Positions 38,778-52,264 of a stretch of 64,000 bases of DNA are shown one piece after another. The notes beneath the pieces were generated by a model that was given only the letters and a program-made list of their open reading frames with translations, had not been told where the DNA came from and did not search any database. How positions within the stretch are numbered: the stretch's first letter is position 1; each line of letters opens with the position of its first letter. The DNA lies in assembly GCA_964016885.1 (NCBI GenBank), contig OZ024749.1, forward strand, positions 15,128,001 to 15,192,000. Reading direction: 5' to 3'. Made by a program: the position numbers and the translations under genes. Source of the stretch: Eledone cirrhosa. Taxonomy: Eukaryota.

Positions 38778-39112
38778 TCATCATCATCATTTTACGTCCA
38801 CTTTTCCCTGCTTGCAAGGGTGGGACAGGAACTGATTCTGGCTTGATTTCTACAGCTGGATGCCCTTCCTAACACCAACCTCATTTACAGTGAGTGCTGG
38901 GTGCTTTTTTTTGCCGTGGCACCTCCACGACCACTTTACAGTGGAATGATAGGGACCCGAGTCCCTATCATCTCATTTCTACAGCTGAGTGAACTGGAGC
39001 AATGTGAAATAAAGTGTCTTGCTCAAGGAAACAACACATCACCGGTCTGAGAATTGAACTCACAACCATTCGATTGCAAGGCCAATGCTCTAACCACTAA
39101 GCCATGTGCCTC
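38778..39112 (-). mobile_element. Composite tRNA/CORE SINE with RTE tail
   Basis: Same structure as 872-1240 and 41712-42092. Confidence 0.78.
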
Positions 39113-39223
39113 CATATATATATATTTTTGAATACATATAACAATGAGAAAATTCATCGCTAGAACAGCTGTTAAAACAGCTAAATGCTGTCAAAGACAG
39201 TGATTGGCAAAAATGCTTTAGAG

Positions 39224-39410
39224 CAGGCATGTCAAACTGAGGGTCCTCCAAGGGCCACATGAGTCAAATATGTCTTGTCTGAGGGTGACACACAACTAAT
39301 TGCGCACATAACAATTAATTTTACCAAGATAAACCATGTTGTTTGCACTGTAAAAACCTTTGTGTAGGCCGCAGCTGTGCTTGTAAAGAGCCGCATGTTT
39401 GACGTGCCTG
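39224..39410. mobile_element. hAT (Charlie-like) MITE
   Basis: TIRs caggcatgtcaaac / gtttgacgtgcctg; 8-bp TSD ctttagag / ccttagag. Confidence 0.82.
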
Positions 39411-40127
39411 CCTTAGAGGACAGAGATCAGCGACCAGTGGTCAACAGAGAGACAATCTACAAGGTAGGTGACAGGCAGAGGAAATACAGAAAAGATCAAA
39501 AGAGAAGGAGGACAAGGAGAAGTGTAGATCTGGATAGAGATTGGCCCTAACTGGTTTAAATATCATGACTACACCCACACCAATAAATCTATTAGGAGTT
39601 AAAACCCCATGATTGCATTAAATGTAGGTTTACAAGAGACACAAATTGAGAATATATAAATAAATATATAAATGAACATAAATATTTAGGTCAGACAGTT
39701 GACCTAAAGCTAGAGGCAAGTAGGAATCACTTCACCAATTTAACAGGCAGCCAAGAAAACTGGGTATTCTGGATTATTCTCTCAGACACAGCCGGTTTTA
39801 TAAATATTGATAAACAGGAAGAGGATAAGGGTGAGACATAATGGTGTAGATATACGGTGTGCCATTGATGGTTTATTTACACACAATGTCGTAGTAAGAG
39901 AGTGGCAGGGAGACCTGTGTATCTGGCCACAGCATCGCACATATATATGTGTGCATGTATGTATTTGCATGTATGTATTTGCATGTATATGTAAATCTCT
40001 CTCAATATATCATCATCATCATTTTATGGATGTTTTCCATATATATATGCATATGTATATATATTTATATAAGTAAATATATAGATATATGTAATACAAT
40101 TTGTGTGTATGTATATATATATATATA

Positions 40128-41693
40128 TGCCTTTGACAGAGTACCCCGCTCGATTATCTGGTGGGACCTTAGAAAACTAGGTGTTGATGAATGGCTTGTG
40201 AGAGCTATACAAGCCATGTATAAAGAAACAGTCAGCAAGGTTAGAATTAACAACGAATATAGTGAAGAGTTTAGCGTAAAAGTTGGTGTTCATAAGGGCT
40301 CCGTCCTTAGCCCTCTACTATTTATTATTGCCCTTCAGGCTATAACAGAAGAGTTCAAGACCGGCTGCCCATGGGAACTTCTATACGCAGATGATCTAAC
40401 GCTCATAGCTGAACCAATGGCTGAACTAGAGAAGAAATTCCAAACATGGAAGCATGACCTAGAATCAAAAGGCCTTAAAATTAACCTGTCTAAGACTAAA
40501 GTTCTAGTTTGTAGGAAGGAAAATAGGGCACTGGTCCCATCTGGGAAATGGCCATGCTCAGTGTGTAGGAAAGGAGTAGGCAGAAACTCCATTTTATGTC
40601 CCAAATGCAAAGTATGGGTGCATAAAAGATGTAGTGGGATCACAGGTAAGCTAACTAAGAATATAGATTTTATATGTGGCCGGTGCTCTAGTGCAATAAG
40701 TAGCAGCAAGTGCCCACAGAATACTAGCTCATTCCATTGCACAGATGGTTCTATAGAAATAGTGGACACCTTCCGTTACCTGAGTGACAAAATCAGCAGT
40801 GGGGGAGGGTGCTCTGAAAGTACAGTAGCTAGAGTCAGAACGGGATGGAAAAAGTTCAGAGAGCTATTGGCAGCTAAAGGGTTCTCTCTAAAAATGAATA
40901 GCAGGCTGTATGAACCCTGCATACGAACAGCAATGTTACATGGCAGTGAGACCTGGGCATTGTGTGCAGAGGATATACGCAGACTGGAGAGGAACGAAGC
41001 TTGCATGCTCCGTTGGATGTGTAATAGTAATATACGTGAACGGCAAAGCATAAATGAACTAAGGGAGAAATTAGGAATAAGAGGATCAGATGTTATTTAC
41101 TACGTTGGTATGGTCACGTGATGCGCATGAAAGACGACAGCTGTATAAAAAAGTGCAGAACGATAAAAATAGACGGTAGCCACGGAGTAGGCAGACCCAG
41201 AAAAACCTGGGACGACTTGATAAATTCCAACCTCACACACTTACACCTCTCCAAGACAATGTCACTGGACCGAGATCTTTGGCGCTACACAGTAATACAG
41301 AAGACCCGCCTTGCCTAAGTACAAAGCGAAACCTACAGTCAGTAGGCACCTCTAACAAAAATACACCCCCGTCCCCCCACCCCATCCACACCACCCCTTT
41401 CGATGTAAAGTTATGTTGGTACCACAACATCCAGTCCGAAATAAATGAGGTTGTGTAGGTGTCACGAAAAAAAAACACACAGTCCCCCACGCTGTAATGT
41501 GGCCGTGTAGGTAACACGGTAAAAACCTCCCAATCCACACTGTAAACGTGGTTGGTGTTAGGAAGGGCATCCAGCCGTAGAAAACCCGCCAGACAGTCCT
41601 ATACGAGCAAGACAACCAATCTTGCCTCAAGTGGGAAAATTCCCGTCCAAACCCATTCTAGCGTGGAAGATGGTCGTTAAACGATGATGATGA
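40128..41693 (+). pseudogene. 5'-truncated RTE LINE (subfamily B)
   Basis: AFDRVPR to RDLWRY homology with small deletions and a frameshift; sister of 29267-30957. Confidence 0.92.
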
Positions 41694-41711
41694 TCATCAT
41701 CATCATCATCA

Positions 41712-42092
41712 TTCATCATCATTTCATTTTACGTCCGCTTTCCGCTTTTTCCCTGCTTGCAAGGGTGGGACAGGAACTGATGCTGGCTTGATTTCTACAG
41801 CTGGATGCCCTTCTTAACACCAACCTCATTTACAGTGAGTGCTGGGTGCTTTTTTTTGCCGTGGCGCCTACACGTCCACTATACAGTGTGGGCTGGGTGC
41901 TTTTTTGCCGTGGCACCTCTTTGCAGTGGAATGATAGGGACCCCAGTCCCTATCATCTCATTTCTACAACTGAGTAAACTGGAGCAAATAAAGTGTCTTG
42001 CTCAAGGAAACAACACATCACCCGGTCTGAGAATTGAACTCACAACCTTTCGATTGCAAGGCCAATTCTCTAACCACTAAGCCATGTGCCTC
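41712..42092 (-). mobile_element. Composite tRNA/CORE SINE with RTE tail, tail-to-tail with the preceding RTE
   Basis: Homology to 38778-39112. Confidence 0.78.
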
Positions 42093-43782
42093 CATATATA
42101 TATATATATGTATGTATACACACACATATAATGTATATACACGCACACATATATAATGTATAGAAAACCAAGATCAAGAAATTTAAGATATTTTATTTGT
42201 CTTACACGTGTTTCAACAAGAAAGAGATTGTTGGAATAGCTTTCTACACCTGAACTTTTAGCCTTGTTATATGTGGATACATAAATGCATAGGCGCACAC
42301 ATATTAGGTCCTTAAGTATGAAATGTCCAATTTCCTTATTTACTTTCAATTTGAAACCAGACATTTCATACTTAATGACCTAATAAATAGTTCAAGAATA
42401 GACGAGACAAACACAGAGATGCAAAAATACAAAATCTTATTAGTTTCACGCTTGGGAAGAAGTAAATGAGGCTTTCAACGTATCAGACATAAGTCCTTCA
42501 TCAGGAAATGGAGAGTTCGGGGAAAGAGAGAAAGGTTGGAATAATGGAGTTTGGAAGAAAAAACAAACAAACAAACATATATACACATATATATATCATC
42601 CTCATCATATATATATATATATATATATCATCATCATTGTTTAATTTTTCGATGTTTGCATGGGTTAGATGGGTTGTCACATTATGAGACAATGTCTTGT
42701 TCATATGGATCTGTATTTTATCTATCGCTGGATGTCCTTCCTAACACCTTACTGTGTGGACTGGGTGCTTTTTGTTCTGTCACCTGCTGCGCAACTAAAC
42801 CACTCAAAGACGATGACACAGGATCGAGATCTTTGGGGTTACGCAGTAATACAGAAGACACACATTCCCATGCACAGACTCAAACATACACCTAATAGGC
42901 ACCTACTAATCCCTATACCCCCACCCACTCCTGCCCACACCACCCTTACACTGAACAAAACATATCCAGTCCACACTGTAAAGTGGTTGTGTAGGAGTCA
43001 CGGTGGTTGTGTAGGAGTAACGGCAAAAAGCACCCATCACACACCAACACACCACCCTCTACACACCTCCCACCAACACCACAGCCTCTACACACCTCCC
43101 ACCAACACACCACCCTCTACACACCTCCCACCAACATACCACCCTCTCCACACCACCCACCAACCTCTACACACCTCCCACCAACGCACCACCCACCAAC
43201 ACACCACCCTCAACACACCACTCTCTACACAGTTGATAAATAAACCAATTCTAAGATCAAACACAGGAGAGGAAGACATTTATGTTTATTTATTTATTTA
43301 GGTTTTTGTTTGTTGACTTTTTTTACTTTTAATCATTTCCTTTTGACTTTTGAAAAAGTCTCTAAACCAGACAACCCCCCTCTTTCTCCCCCCAAACACC
43401 CATCATTGCCCTCTCTCTCTCTCCCAAACACCCACCAATTGCCCCCCCCTCTCTCTCTCTCTCTCCCAGACACCCATCATTGCCCCTTCTCCTTCTCTCT
43501 CTTCTCCAGACACCCATCAACTGCCCTCTCTTTTTCACCTTCCAACACACTCTCCCTTTCTGTTTCCCCCTCTCTCACCTTCTGACACACTGTCTCTCTC
43601 TCTCTCTCTCTATTGCTCCCACCCCAGACTCATCAACTGCCCCTCACTTCGGACACAGTCTCTCTCTTCTAGTTCTCCCCCCCCTCCTCTCTATTACCTT
43701 CACCCGACATCCATCAACCCCTCCCTCTCTCTCCCTCTGACCACCTCCCCCACAACATTCTTTTTCTCTAAGATGCTCCCAC

Positions 43783-44372
43783 TAACACTACAACTACTAC
43801 TACCACGACCACTACTACTACAACCACCACCACCACCACCACTACAACCACTACCACCACCACTACAACCACCACCACAACCACCACCACCACTACAACC
43901 ACCACCACCACCACCACTACAACCACCACTACAAATACCACCACCACTACAACCACCACCACTACAACCACCACCACCACCACCACCACTACAACCACCA
44001 CCACCACTACAACCACCACCACCACCACCACCACCACAACAACCACCACCACCACCACCACCACCACCACCACCACCACTACAACCACCACCACCACCAC
44101 CACCACCACCACCACCACCACTACAACCACCACCACCACCACCACCACCACCACCACCACCACCACCACCACCACCACCACCACTACAACCACCACCACC
44201 ACCACCACCACAACCACCACCACCACCACTACTACAACCACCACCACCACCACCACCACCACCACCACCACCACCACAACCACCACCACCACCACTACTA
44301 CAACCACCACCACCACCACCACCACCACCACCACCACCACCACCACCACCACCACTACTACAACCACCACCA
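43783..44372. repeat. (CCA)n microsatellite
   Basis: Direct reading. Confidence 0.95.
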
Positions 44373-44548
44373 CACAATTATCCACATTCTTAACATTCTA
44401 CAGCTGTCCATCATTAAATATTTGTTATTTTTTTTTTATAGAGACTTGTTCAGTTTTCATAAATATAGATGCATAAAATGTAGGGTATATACATACATAC
44501 ACATATATATATAAATACATACACACATATATATACATTCATACACAC

Positions 44549-44680
44549 CAGGGGCGAAGGGCCTGTGCATGCAGCGCATGCGTTATAGAATCTTGAGTTG
44601 ATCAATTGCATCGGTTGAAGCAAGCAGAATTTTGGCTGCTTACTAAAACGTAGACACAAAAAAAGATAACACACACAAAT

Positions 44681-44713
<33 letters not shown>

Positions 44714-44867
44714 CACACACACTAGATAACACTACATGCGGCTTTGACCGGGAGGGTCATTTAGAGGGAATTGGGGGGGGGGGGGGGGGGGGTAAACTGC
44801 ACAGCCCCACTTTCCGCCATGACGATTGGACTGCATGCCCTGCTTTCCAGGTTACCCTTCGCCACTG
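44549..44867. mobile_element. hAT-type MITE
   Basis: TIRs caggggcgaaggg / cccttcgccactg; perfect 8-bp TSD atacacac (44541-44548, 44868-44875). Confidence 0.82.
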
Positions 44868-44915
44868 ATACACACACATATATATGTATATATATACAAA
44901 TACACACACACACAC

Positions 44916-44966
<51 letters not shown>

Positions 44967-44982
44967 CACACACACACACACG

Positions 44983-45016
<34 letters not shown>

Positions 45017-45018
45017 AA

Positions 45019-45230
45019 GGCGTGTGGCTGAGTGGTTAGAGAATTGGATTCGCAATCGTGAGGTTGTGAGTTCAATTCCTGGACCGGGCGATGCGTTATG
45101 TCCTTGAGCAAGACATTTTATTTCACGTTGCTCCTTCTACCTGGAGTTGCGACCGATAGATAGTATTAGCAATTGGAAAGACCAACGGAAACATTGTTTC
45201 CTCGGTCCGATTTGATGAAAGTCGATCGTT
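45019..45230 (+). mobile_element. tRNA-derived CORE-type SINE
   Basis: TGGCTGAGTGG A box, GTTCAATTCC B box, TCCTTGAGCAAGACA CORE-like motif. Confidence 0.78.
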
Positions 45231-45320
45231 CCTATATATATATATACAAATACACAAACACACGCACACATATATATATATATATATACAAATACACAAA
45301 CACACACACACATATATATA

Positions 45321-45928
45321 TATGGTGGCTGCCAACTCGTTTTCGAGTACGGCCACTACTTTATATCCATGTAGGAGAACCCCTACCGATGCGCTGAACG
45401 AGTGTGACTTTTTAGTCCAGCCAGCGACTTGAAAACTCTGGTACAAACACTACATTTGTGACAATTATTGACACATAGTGCTGGGCCCATGGTACCCTGT
45501 GACGACAAGTGCAGAGAGATCTCCAGATATAAAGCAATGCCTGTGTTGTGAAACTTTTATAGTGAGCAAAGGCACTGCACAAAGCCAGTCCCACTCTCTT
45601 AACCAAGATGATGTTTACCAAAAAGAAGAACAAGTCAACATCATTGGATACCATCAGGGTTGCAGGTGTTATATCAGAGTTTTCCTTCTCCTAGAATTCT
45701 GCCTTGACAAAGGCTAAAGGGTCATCTCTCCCGGTGATTTTGGATGGCCATTGACTCTTAAGAGCTCCTTTGCCCTTTGACAGGTCTTGCTTTTAGTCCT
45801 GCAGGATGTCCAAAGTCACCCTCCTCACCAAGAAACCTTGGTGGGGTTGCCAGTTTAGTCACCAACGACCCAACCATGGGTCAGGTTGTACTGGGATACA
45901 TGTTACCAGTAGCACCAACTGGTGACCT

Positions 45929-45930
<2 letters not shown>
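45321..45930 (-). mobile_element. Non-autonomous repeat, possibly derived from an RTE-like 5' UTR
   Basis: Duplicated at 33047-33378, fragment at 36645-36700; minus strand has CTAGGAGAAGGAAAACTCTGA, which I recall as an RTE 5' UTR-type motif. Confidence 0.45.
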
Positions 45931-45966
<36 letters not shown>

Positions 45967-45998
45967 AATACACACATATATATATATATACATATATA

Positions 45999-46076
45999 CA
46001 GGGTATCCAAAAAAATGTGTACACACTTCAGCAGCATTCTAATAAAAATGTGTACAAATTTTTGGCAGACACCCTC
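45999..46076. mobile_element. Tc1/mariner-type mini-MITE
   Basis: TA|cagggtatccaaaaaaatgtgtacaca ... tgtgtacaaatttttggcagacaccctc|TA. Confidence 0.65.
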
Positions 46077-48587
46077 TAATTATATATACATATAAAAATA
46101 TATAATGTAGGGTATATACACATATATATATACATACACACACACATATATATATCCATTAATAAAATGTAGGGTATATATATACACATACATATACACA
46201 CACACATCATCATCATCATCATTTTACGTCCGCTTTTCCCTGCTTGCAAGGGTGGGACGAGTCTTATTCAGCACAGCATCTTTCCACTCGTCACGGTCCC
46301 TCGTCATCTCCACACATATATATATATCCATTAATAAAATGTAGGGTATATATATACACATATATATACACACACACACATATATATATATCCATTAATA
46401 AAATGTAGGGTATATATATACACATATATATATATACACATACATATACATAAAATAAGGTGTTTGTGTGAGCATCATCATCATCATCTTTTACAGCCAC
46501 TAGCATGGGTTGACCAAGACTTATTGAGGCAGTCTTCTGTGTCCAGATGCCCTTCTTCACTCCCAAAAAAACCATTGTTTCAAATCCTTTTCATGTCAAC
46601 CCAATGGTAGTCATTAGAATATCAGATAGAATACCTTGTGGTATTTGTTCCAGCTCTCTGCTCTCTGAGTTCAAATCCAGTAGAGGTCAACTTTGCCTTT
46701 TATTCAGTCAAGGTCAATAAAAAAGTACCAGTCCTGTACTGGGGCCAATTCTTCCCTTACCCATCTTTCTCACTTCCATTCTCTCACTCTCTGTCCTTCT
46801 CTAGAAGAAATCTGCTGTATTCAGACCTGGAGAAAGGGGTAGGCTCCATTGGGTTTTAAACCGCCCTAGAAATGGCACATATCAATATGGTGGCCCCTAC
46901 GATTCTCTCAGGAGTTTCAGGTCATGGTCTAGAGATCTAAAGAAAGACTAGGGATTATATAGGGACTAGAGCAAATAGAGAGACTAGGGGGTCCTATTGA
47001 GATTAGGAACACCAAGGAGACTATGGGGACATACAGAGACTATGAGCCCATAATGGGAATAGGGGACAAACTGGGTCTAGGGGTTATAGATGGACATGGC
47101 CATACAGGGTTTAGGGAGCCATACAGCGTCCAGGGACCATATACAGGGACTAGAGACAACTAAGGGGTGTATTAGGATTTCATTTTTTTTTTTTTGTGCA
47201 GTTGGTTGAAAAATTAAATTTCACAAGGGACTCTAAATAGCTAAAACCCTAGGGACCTGGCCAAGGGTTAACACAGCTCAGCAACCCAAGATTATAACAG
47301 CAGCACCACTACCACCAACAACAAACATTCCTACAACCAACACTACCAGTACTACTACTATCTGAAATATACCAGCTGACACGACCACAACAACCACCAC
47401 CACCACCACTACTACTACCTGGCAATAGCACCACCACTACCTCCTCTACCTGACAACACCACAACCATCACAACGTCCACCTCCACCACCACTCTAGCAC
47501 AACCATCACCACACCACCACTAACTGACAATACCACCTCCACCACCACTCCATAAGCAAGGTTGTTAAGACCCAATCAAAAGGAGAAATGAACTGCCATC
47601 AGTAAGTCTTTGATGTTTACTTAAACACACCTCACCTTGATTGGACAACATGGGAGCTTTGCTAGAAATATATACACACATCTACACATATACATACACA
47701 TACATATACACACAAACATACATATACATACATACACACACAAACATACATATACACATACATACACATACACACACATAATCCCATACCTGTTTGAGTG
47801 TGTGTATATATGTGTGTTTTTATATATATATATATATATATACGCACACAAATATAATCACATATTGTGTGTGTGCGTATGATGATGAGTGTGTGCGTGT
47901 GTGTGTACACACACACACAACCATGTATATCCAGTTTACAATAAGTACACTAAATATCTCTGTGTCAGGTTGTAAGAGGTCACTAAAAAGGTTGGCATTA
48001 AGAAGACCACTAAATCCTACTAAAATCAACTTTACCTTTCATTGTTTCAGGGTTGATGAAATCAAACATGACCAGTCTGGGGCAGTGGATTGGCAGAAGG
48101 TTTAGACCAGTCTGGGGCAGTGGATTGGCAGAAGGTTTAGACCAGTGGTTCTCAACCATTTTTTACCCATGAACCACTTTTATTCTTAATTTTTTTTGGT
48201 GGAGGTCTTAAAGATAAGATGGAGGTCTTAAAGATAAGATTATAAGAAACCCATCAACTCTCTCACCTTCCTTCTGCCCCCGGACCAGTCTTTGAGGCCC
48301 TACAAAGGGTCATGGACACAGCCCCTACCCACCATTACTAAATAGTGCAAAAATAAATAACTCCATGTTTATAATGGCAACCCGAGGCCCTGCTACTCCC
48401 TTCCCTTCCAGTCCCTGCTTATGTGATCTTACCCATACCCCATCCCACACCACAAACACACCTCCACATATAATAACTAAGTATGACTCTCTATCTCTCT
48501 GTTTGTCTAGTTTATCTGTTCTCAGTCTGTCTAAATATCTGTCTGCATGTCTATGTCTGACAATCCAGTTGTCTGTTTTCATGTGTC

Positions 48588-48624
<37 letters not shown>

Positions 48625-48786
48625 TATCTATCTATCGGATGTTTCTCTCTCTACACACCCACCCACTCTCCTGATGAAGGGCTTATGCCCGAAACATCAC
48701 ACACCCCACTCTCGCCAAGCATGAAACTAAAAATATTTGTAACATTTATTCCTGTGTTTGTCTGTTTTTTGTTTTCTGTTATTCTG

Positions 48787-48827
<41 letters not shown>

Positions 48828-48903
48828 ATTGGTGTTGGATGCTTAAAGCGTCCGTATGCGGTAGGCCGTATGAGCACTCGATGCTCTCATAGAGCAGAGT
48901 CTG

Positions 48904-49148
48904 ATATCACAGAAAAAAAGAGAATCAGTGTTGCGACGAATGGAATTTATTGGACATATTACAATCGTTTCTCTGATGACCAGTTTGAGACACGAACGAT
49001 GTGATGATCGAATCCGACTCTGAAAATCGCAAGTCCTCAGATACGTCTTGATTCTACGAAGCAGATTTTCCTATAGGAAAATCTGCTTCGTAATATCTCC
49101 AATAAATTCCATTCGTCGCAACACTGATTCTCTTTTTTTCTGTGATAT
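48904..49148 (-). mobile_element. Inverted-repeat element with hammerhead-like motif (48953-49047)
   Basis: 57-bp outer inverted arms, an inner palindrome at about 49054-49092, and minus-strand gacgtat-CTGAGGA...GAAAC-GATT-GTA-atatgtc then AATAAA. Confidence 0.55.
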
Positions 49149-49466
49149 ATATATATATATATATTTATATATAAATTAATAAAAATAATGAATAAAAACA
49201 AAGAAACAGTTCCTTATATTAAAAAATTCATCATTTTACAATCGTTTCTAGGATATATATGTTTGTGTTGGTATGTATATCATATAGATCTATGTAAAAT
49301 TATTACAAACTATCAGAGGGAATATACATACCTACACATATATATATGCTATCTTCAGAAATAATTTTTGAATACAACTTCTCTTTTCATGATATTCGGA
49401 TGACATTGAGTTCTTCATACGGATTGGACACTACCGTACATTTTGGTAGATTTATCTACATATATT

Positions 49467-49515
<49 letters not shown>

Positions 49516-50115
49516 GTATAGTCATAGTCCAACTGTTTTTTTTTTTTACCACTCCCTACCTGATATATATGTATGTATGTGTGTGTGTCTATATATGCAT
49601 GTATGCATGTGTATATATGTATGTGTGTGTATATATATAAAGAGAGAGATATATGTAAGTATGTATATATATATGGAAGCGATTGCACAATAGGAAGAGA
49701 TTAGATTAAGTGTAAAAACCTATCTATAAATACAGCTTGTAAACCTGCACAACCTGTGACATGTGTGTGTGTATATACATATATAAACACATACACCTAC
49801 ATCCGTGTACACACACACACACACATATATGTTATAGAGACATACTTAGAACAATTAATTGATTGGTCTTTGTACCTGTATGTTTAAGTTCTAAAATTAA
49901 TATACATGTGTGTGTGTGTTTAACAGATATACAACATATACACCTGTTGGACAGATGGCTGTGCATGTGTACCTGTATAAATATATATATATAAACACAC
50001 ATATACAAAGAGAGTGGGGATGGAGAGAGAGAAAGAGTGAGACAGGTAAATAGATTGATAGACGGAGATATAGATAGCTAGGCAGACAGGTAGATAGACA
50101 TAGATAGACATAGAA

Positions 50116-50148
<33 letters not shown>

Positions 50149-50584
50149 TTTTGAGTGGCACCATAGCTACTGACCAGTAGGACAATGTGACAGGTGTCAT
50201 ATTTTGGCAGAGGTCAGTATTGTTTAGATAGCCACAGTGTAAATGACTGTTGTTAGTCAAAAGCCAAGCCAGAAGAGGGAGGGGGGGGGAGAACAATCAA
50301 ACATTTCATTCTTAAAGTTCTTCACTAACCTATTGATACAGTCAACTGAAATACAAATTTTCTTTATATATATATACACACACACACATATATATAAGTG
50401 ATCATGTAGGTGTCACAACAAAAAGCACCCAGCACACACTGTCAATGTGGTTGGCATTAGGAAGGACATCCAGCTGTAGAAAACCAGCCAGAAACACTCC
50501 TATATGAACAAGACACAGTCACCCGACCCAACTTGCCTCTAAATGGGTCCCGTCTAACCCATGCTAGCGTGGAAGATATACGTT

Positions 50585-50807
50585 AATCAAGAGATGTCAA
50601 CATGAAAGGACCTGCTATTTTTATCTAAAGACATTTTTTCCAATTCCATCCCGCCCATCCCCTCAATCTATTTTATTTATCATTCTTTCTTCTGATGAAG
50701 GACTAGCGTCCGAAACGTTAAGACCCTCTTCCTGCTATATCAAGCGTTAACCTAATATATCCCTTCCATATACTGTACCGATTGTGTTGTTATTTCTGTT
50801 TACCTTT

Positions 50808-50812
<5 letters not shown>
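50585..50812 (+). mobile_element. Short Penelope-like element with minimal hammerhead
   Basis: tctt-CTGATGAA-GGAC-tagc-GTCC-GAAAC-GTT-aaga at 50688-50723; relatives at about 1525, 1932, 42480-42505(-), 48671 and 52345-52380(-). Confidence 0.65.
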
Positions 50813-50855
<43 letters not shown>

Positions 50856-50938
50856 CAAGAAAGTAAGTGTTGGTAAAATCCAGTACTTCAGTATGTGGAT
50901 AGGGAGCACTCAACGAAGATATAAGTTCCGGAGTTATA

Positions 50939-51253
50939 ATAGTGACGAAACATAAGTCAATTGCATGAACTCATAATCCTTTATTTACTGCTATATATAT
51001 TTCGATGATAGCCATTGAATGGCTATGACCTCATCAGGCAGTTAGTCAGTTCTTAGATATGCCAGCTCTGTGTGTATAGTGTTGATGGTATATGTCCCAA
51101 GGCTCTGATACCATCAACACTATAAACACAGAGCTGGCATATCTAAGAACTGACTAACTGCCTGATGAGGTCATAGCCATTCAATGGCTATCATCGAAAT
51201 ATATATAGCAGTAAATAAAGGATTATGAGTTCATGCAATTGACTTATGTTTCG

Positions 51254-51260
<7 letters not shown>
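50939..51260. mobile_element. Near-perfect 153-bp-arm fold-back carrying two intact hammerhead motifs
   Basis: Plus motif 51157-51212 actgc-CTGATGA-ggtcatagccat-tca-atggctatcatc-GAAAT-ATAT-ATA-gcagt then AATAAA; mirror motif 50987-51042; 16-nt spacer. Confidence 0.8.
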
Positions 51261-51318
<58 letters not shown>

Positions 51319-52227
51319 ATGTTTTTTTTTGGTTTTCCTTACTGTTTCTTTAGCGATTGTAAAGTGTACAGCAGTGCCAGGTTGCTAACCCACCGCCTGT
51401 ATATGCTGGGTTTTTTACCCACTGAGATCAGTGGTTGACACCCCTCTGCTATGATGAGGCGTCCGGCAAGACCAATGGACTCATCTCTTGGCATGGACAC
51501 GAAAAAGCCACTGCTGATCATGACTGTTGTAAGTACTAACTGCTCGATGTGCTGAATGGCGCGGAAGAACCTAATAAGCTAAGAACTAAAATATATAACA
51601 ATATATGAGGTCATAGTGTACACGAGCTGGAATGGCTCTTTCAGCACATCTCCCTCACCATCCTCTAGTGAAACACCTTCTTTATTCTGCCTCCTGCGGC
51701 AACGGGTCAGCCAGTGCATCGGCTTCCATTTACTCATAATAAGGAGAGATGAGGAGAGCGGGAGAGATAGAGGCAGTGACAGTGGGAGTTTGGTTCCTTT
51801 GTGCTCAGAACTGGTGTATCACACACACACACACATTCTTGTTATTAAAGACTTCACTATTTTTATTGGTAAGATGAGATAAGCTTGATGCACTTTACAG
51901 TCCTCTCTTCTTCAGGAGTGAAAAGAAACTGGATGAATTAAGGGCAGTTCAGGTAGTAGAGCATTTAAACATTCAAATTTTAAGAAAGCCAAGGATAGGA
52001 TATTATTTATTTCTATATCTCTACAGATGTTTCAATGCGGCTAGAATATCACATTCATTTGTTGATATATATATATATATATATAAACGAAAAAATAATA
52101 ATCACCAAGGTTCAATACTCTAATAATACATTATTTAATTGATTTACATATGTTAGCGTGGAAGAACGGACGTAAAATGATGATGATGATATTTCATTGA
52201 AATACAAAAGGAGGTAGCATTTAATTC

Positions 52228-52264
<37 letters not shown>

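Noticed and set aside
39480-39565. Possible Penelope GIY-YIG C-terminal remnant (WI...P.GLN-like)
   Set aside because: Needs a frameshift and is too short to support without a search
37026-44393. Poly-Val/His/Pro/Gly ORFs (also 2703-3329 and 17708-18381)
   Set aside because: Trinucleotide repeats open in several frames with no unique coding context
45019-45095. tRNA gene
   Set aside because: A and B boxes present, but no clean cloverleaf, and it continues into a SINE body found in multiple copies
48143-48300. hAT Charlie-like MITE starting cagtggttctcaacc
   Set aside because: Only one terminus is visible; no matching TIR or TSD found
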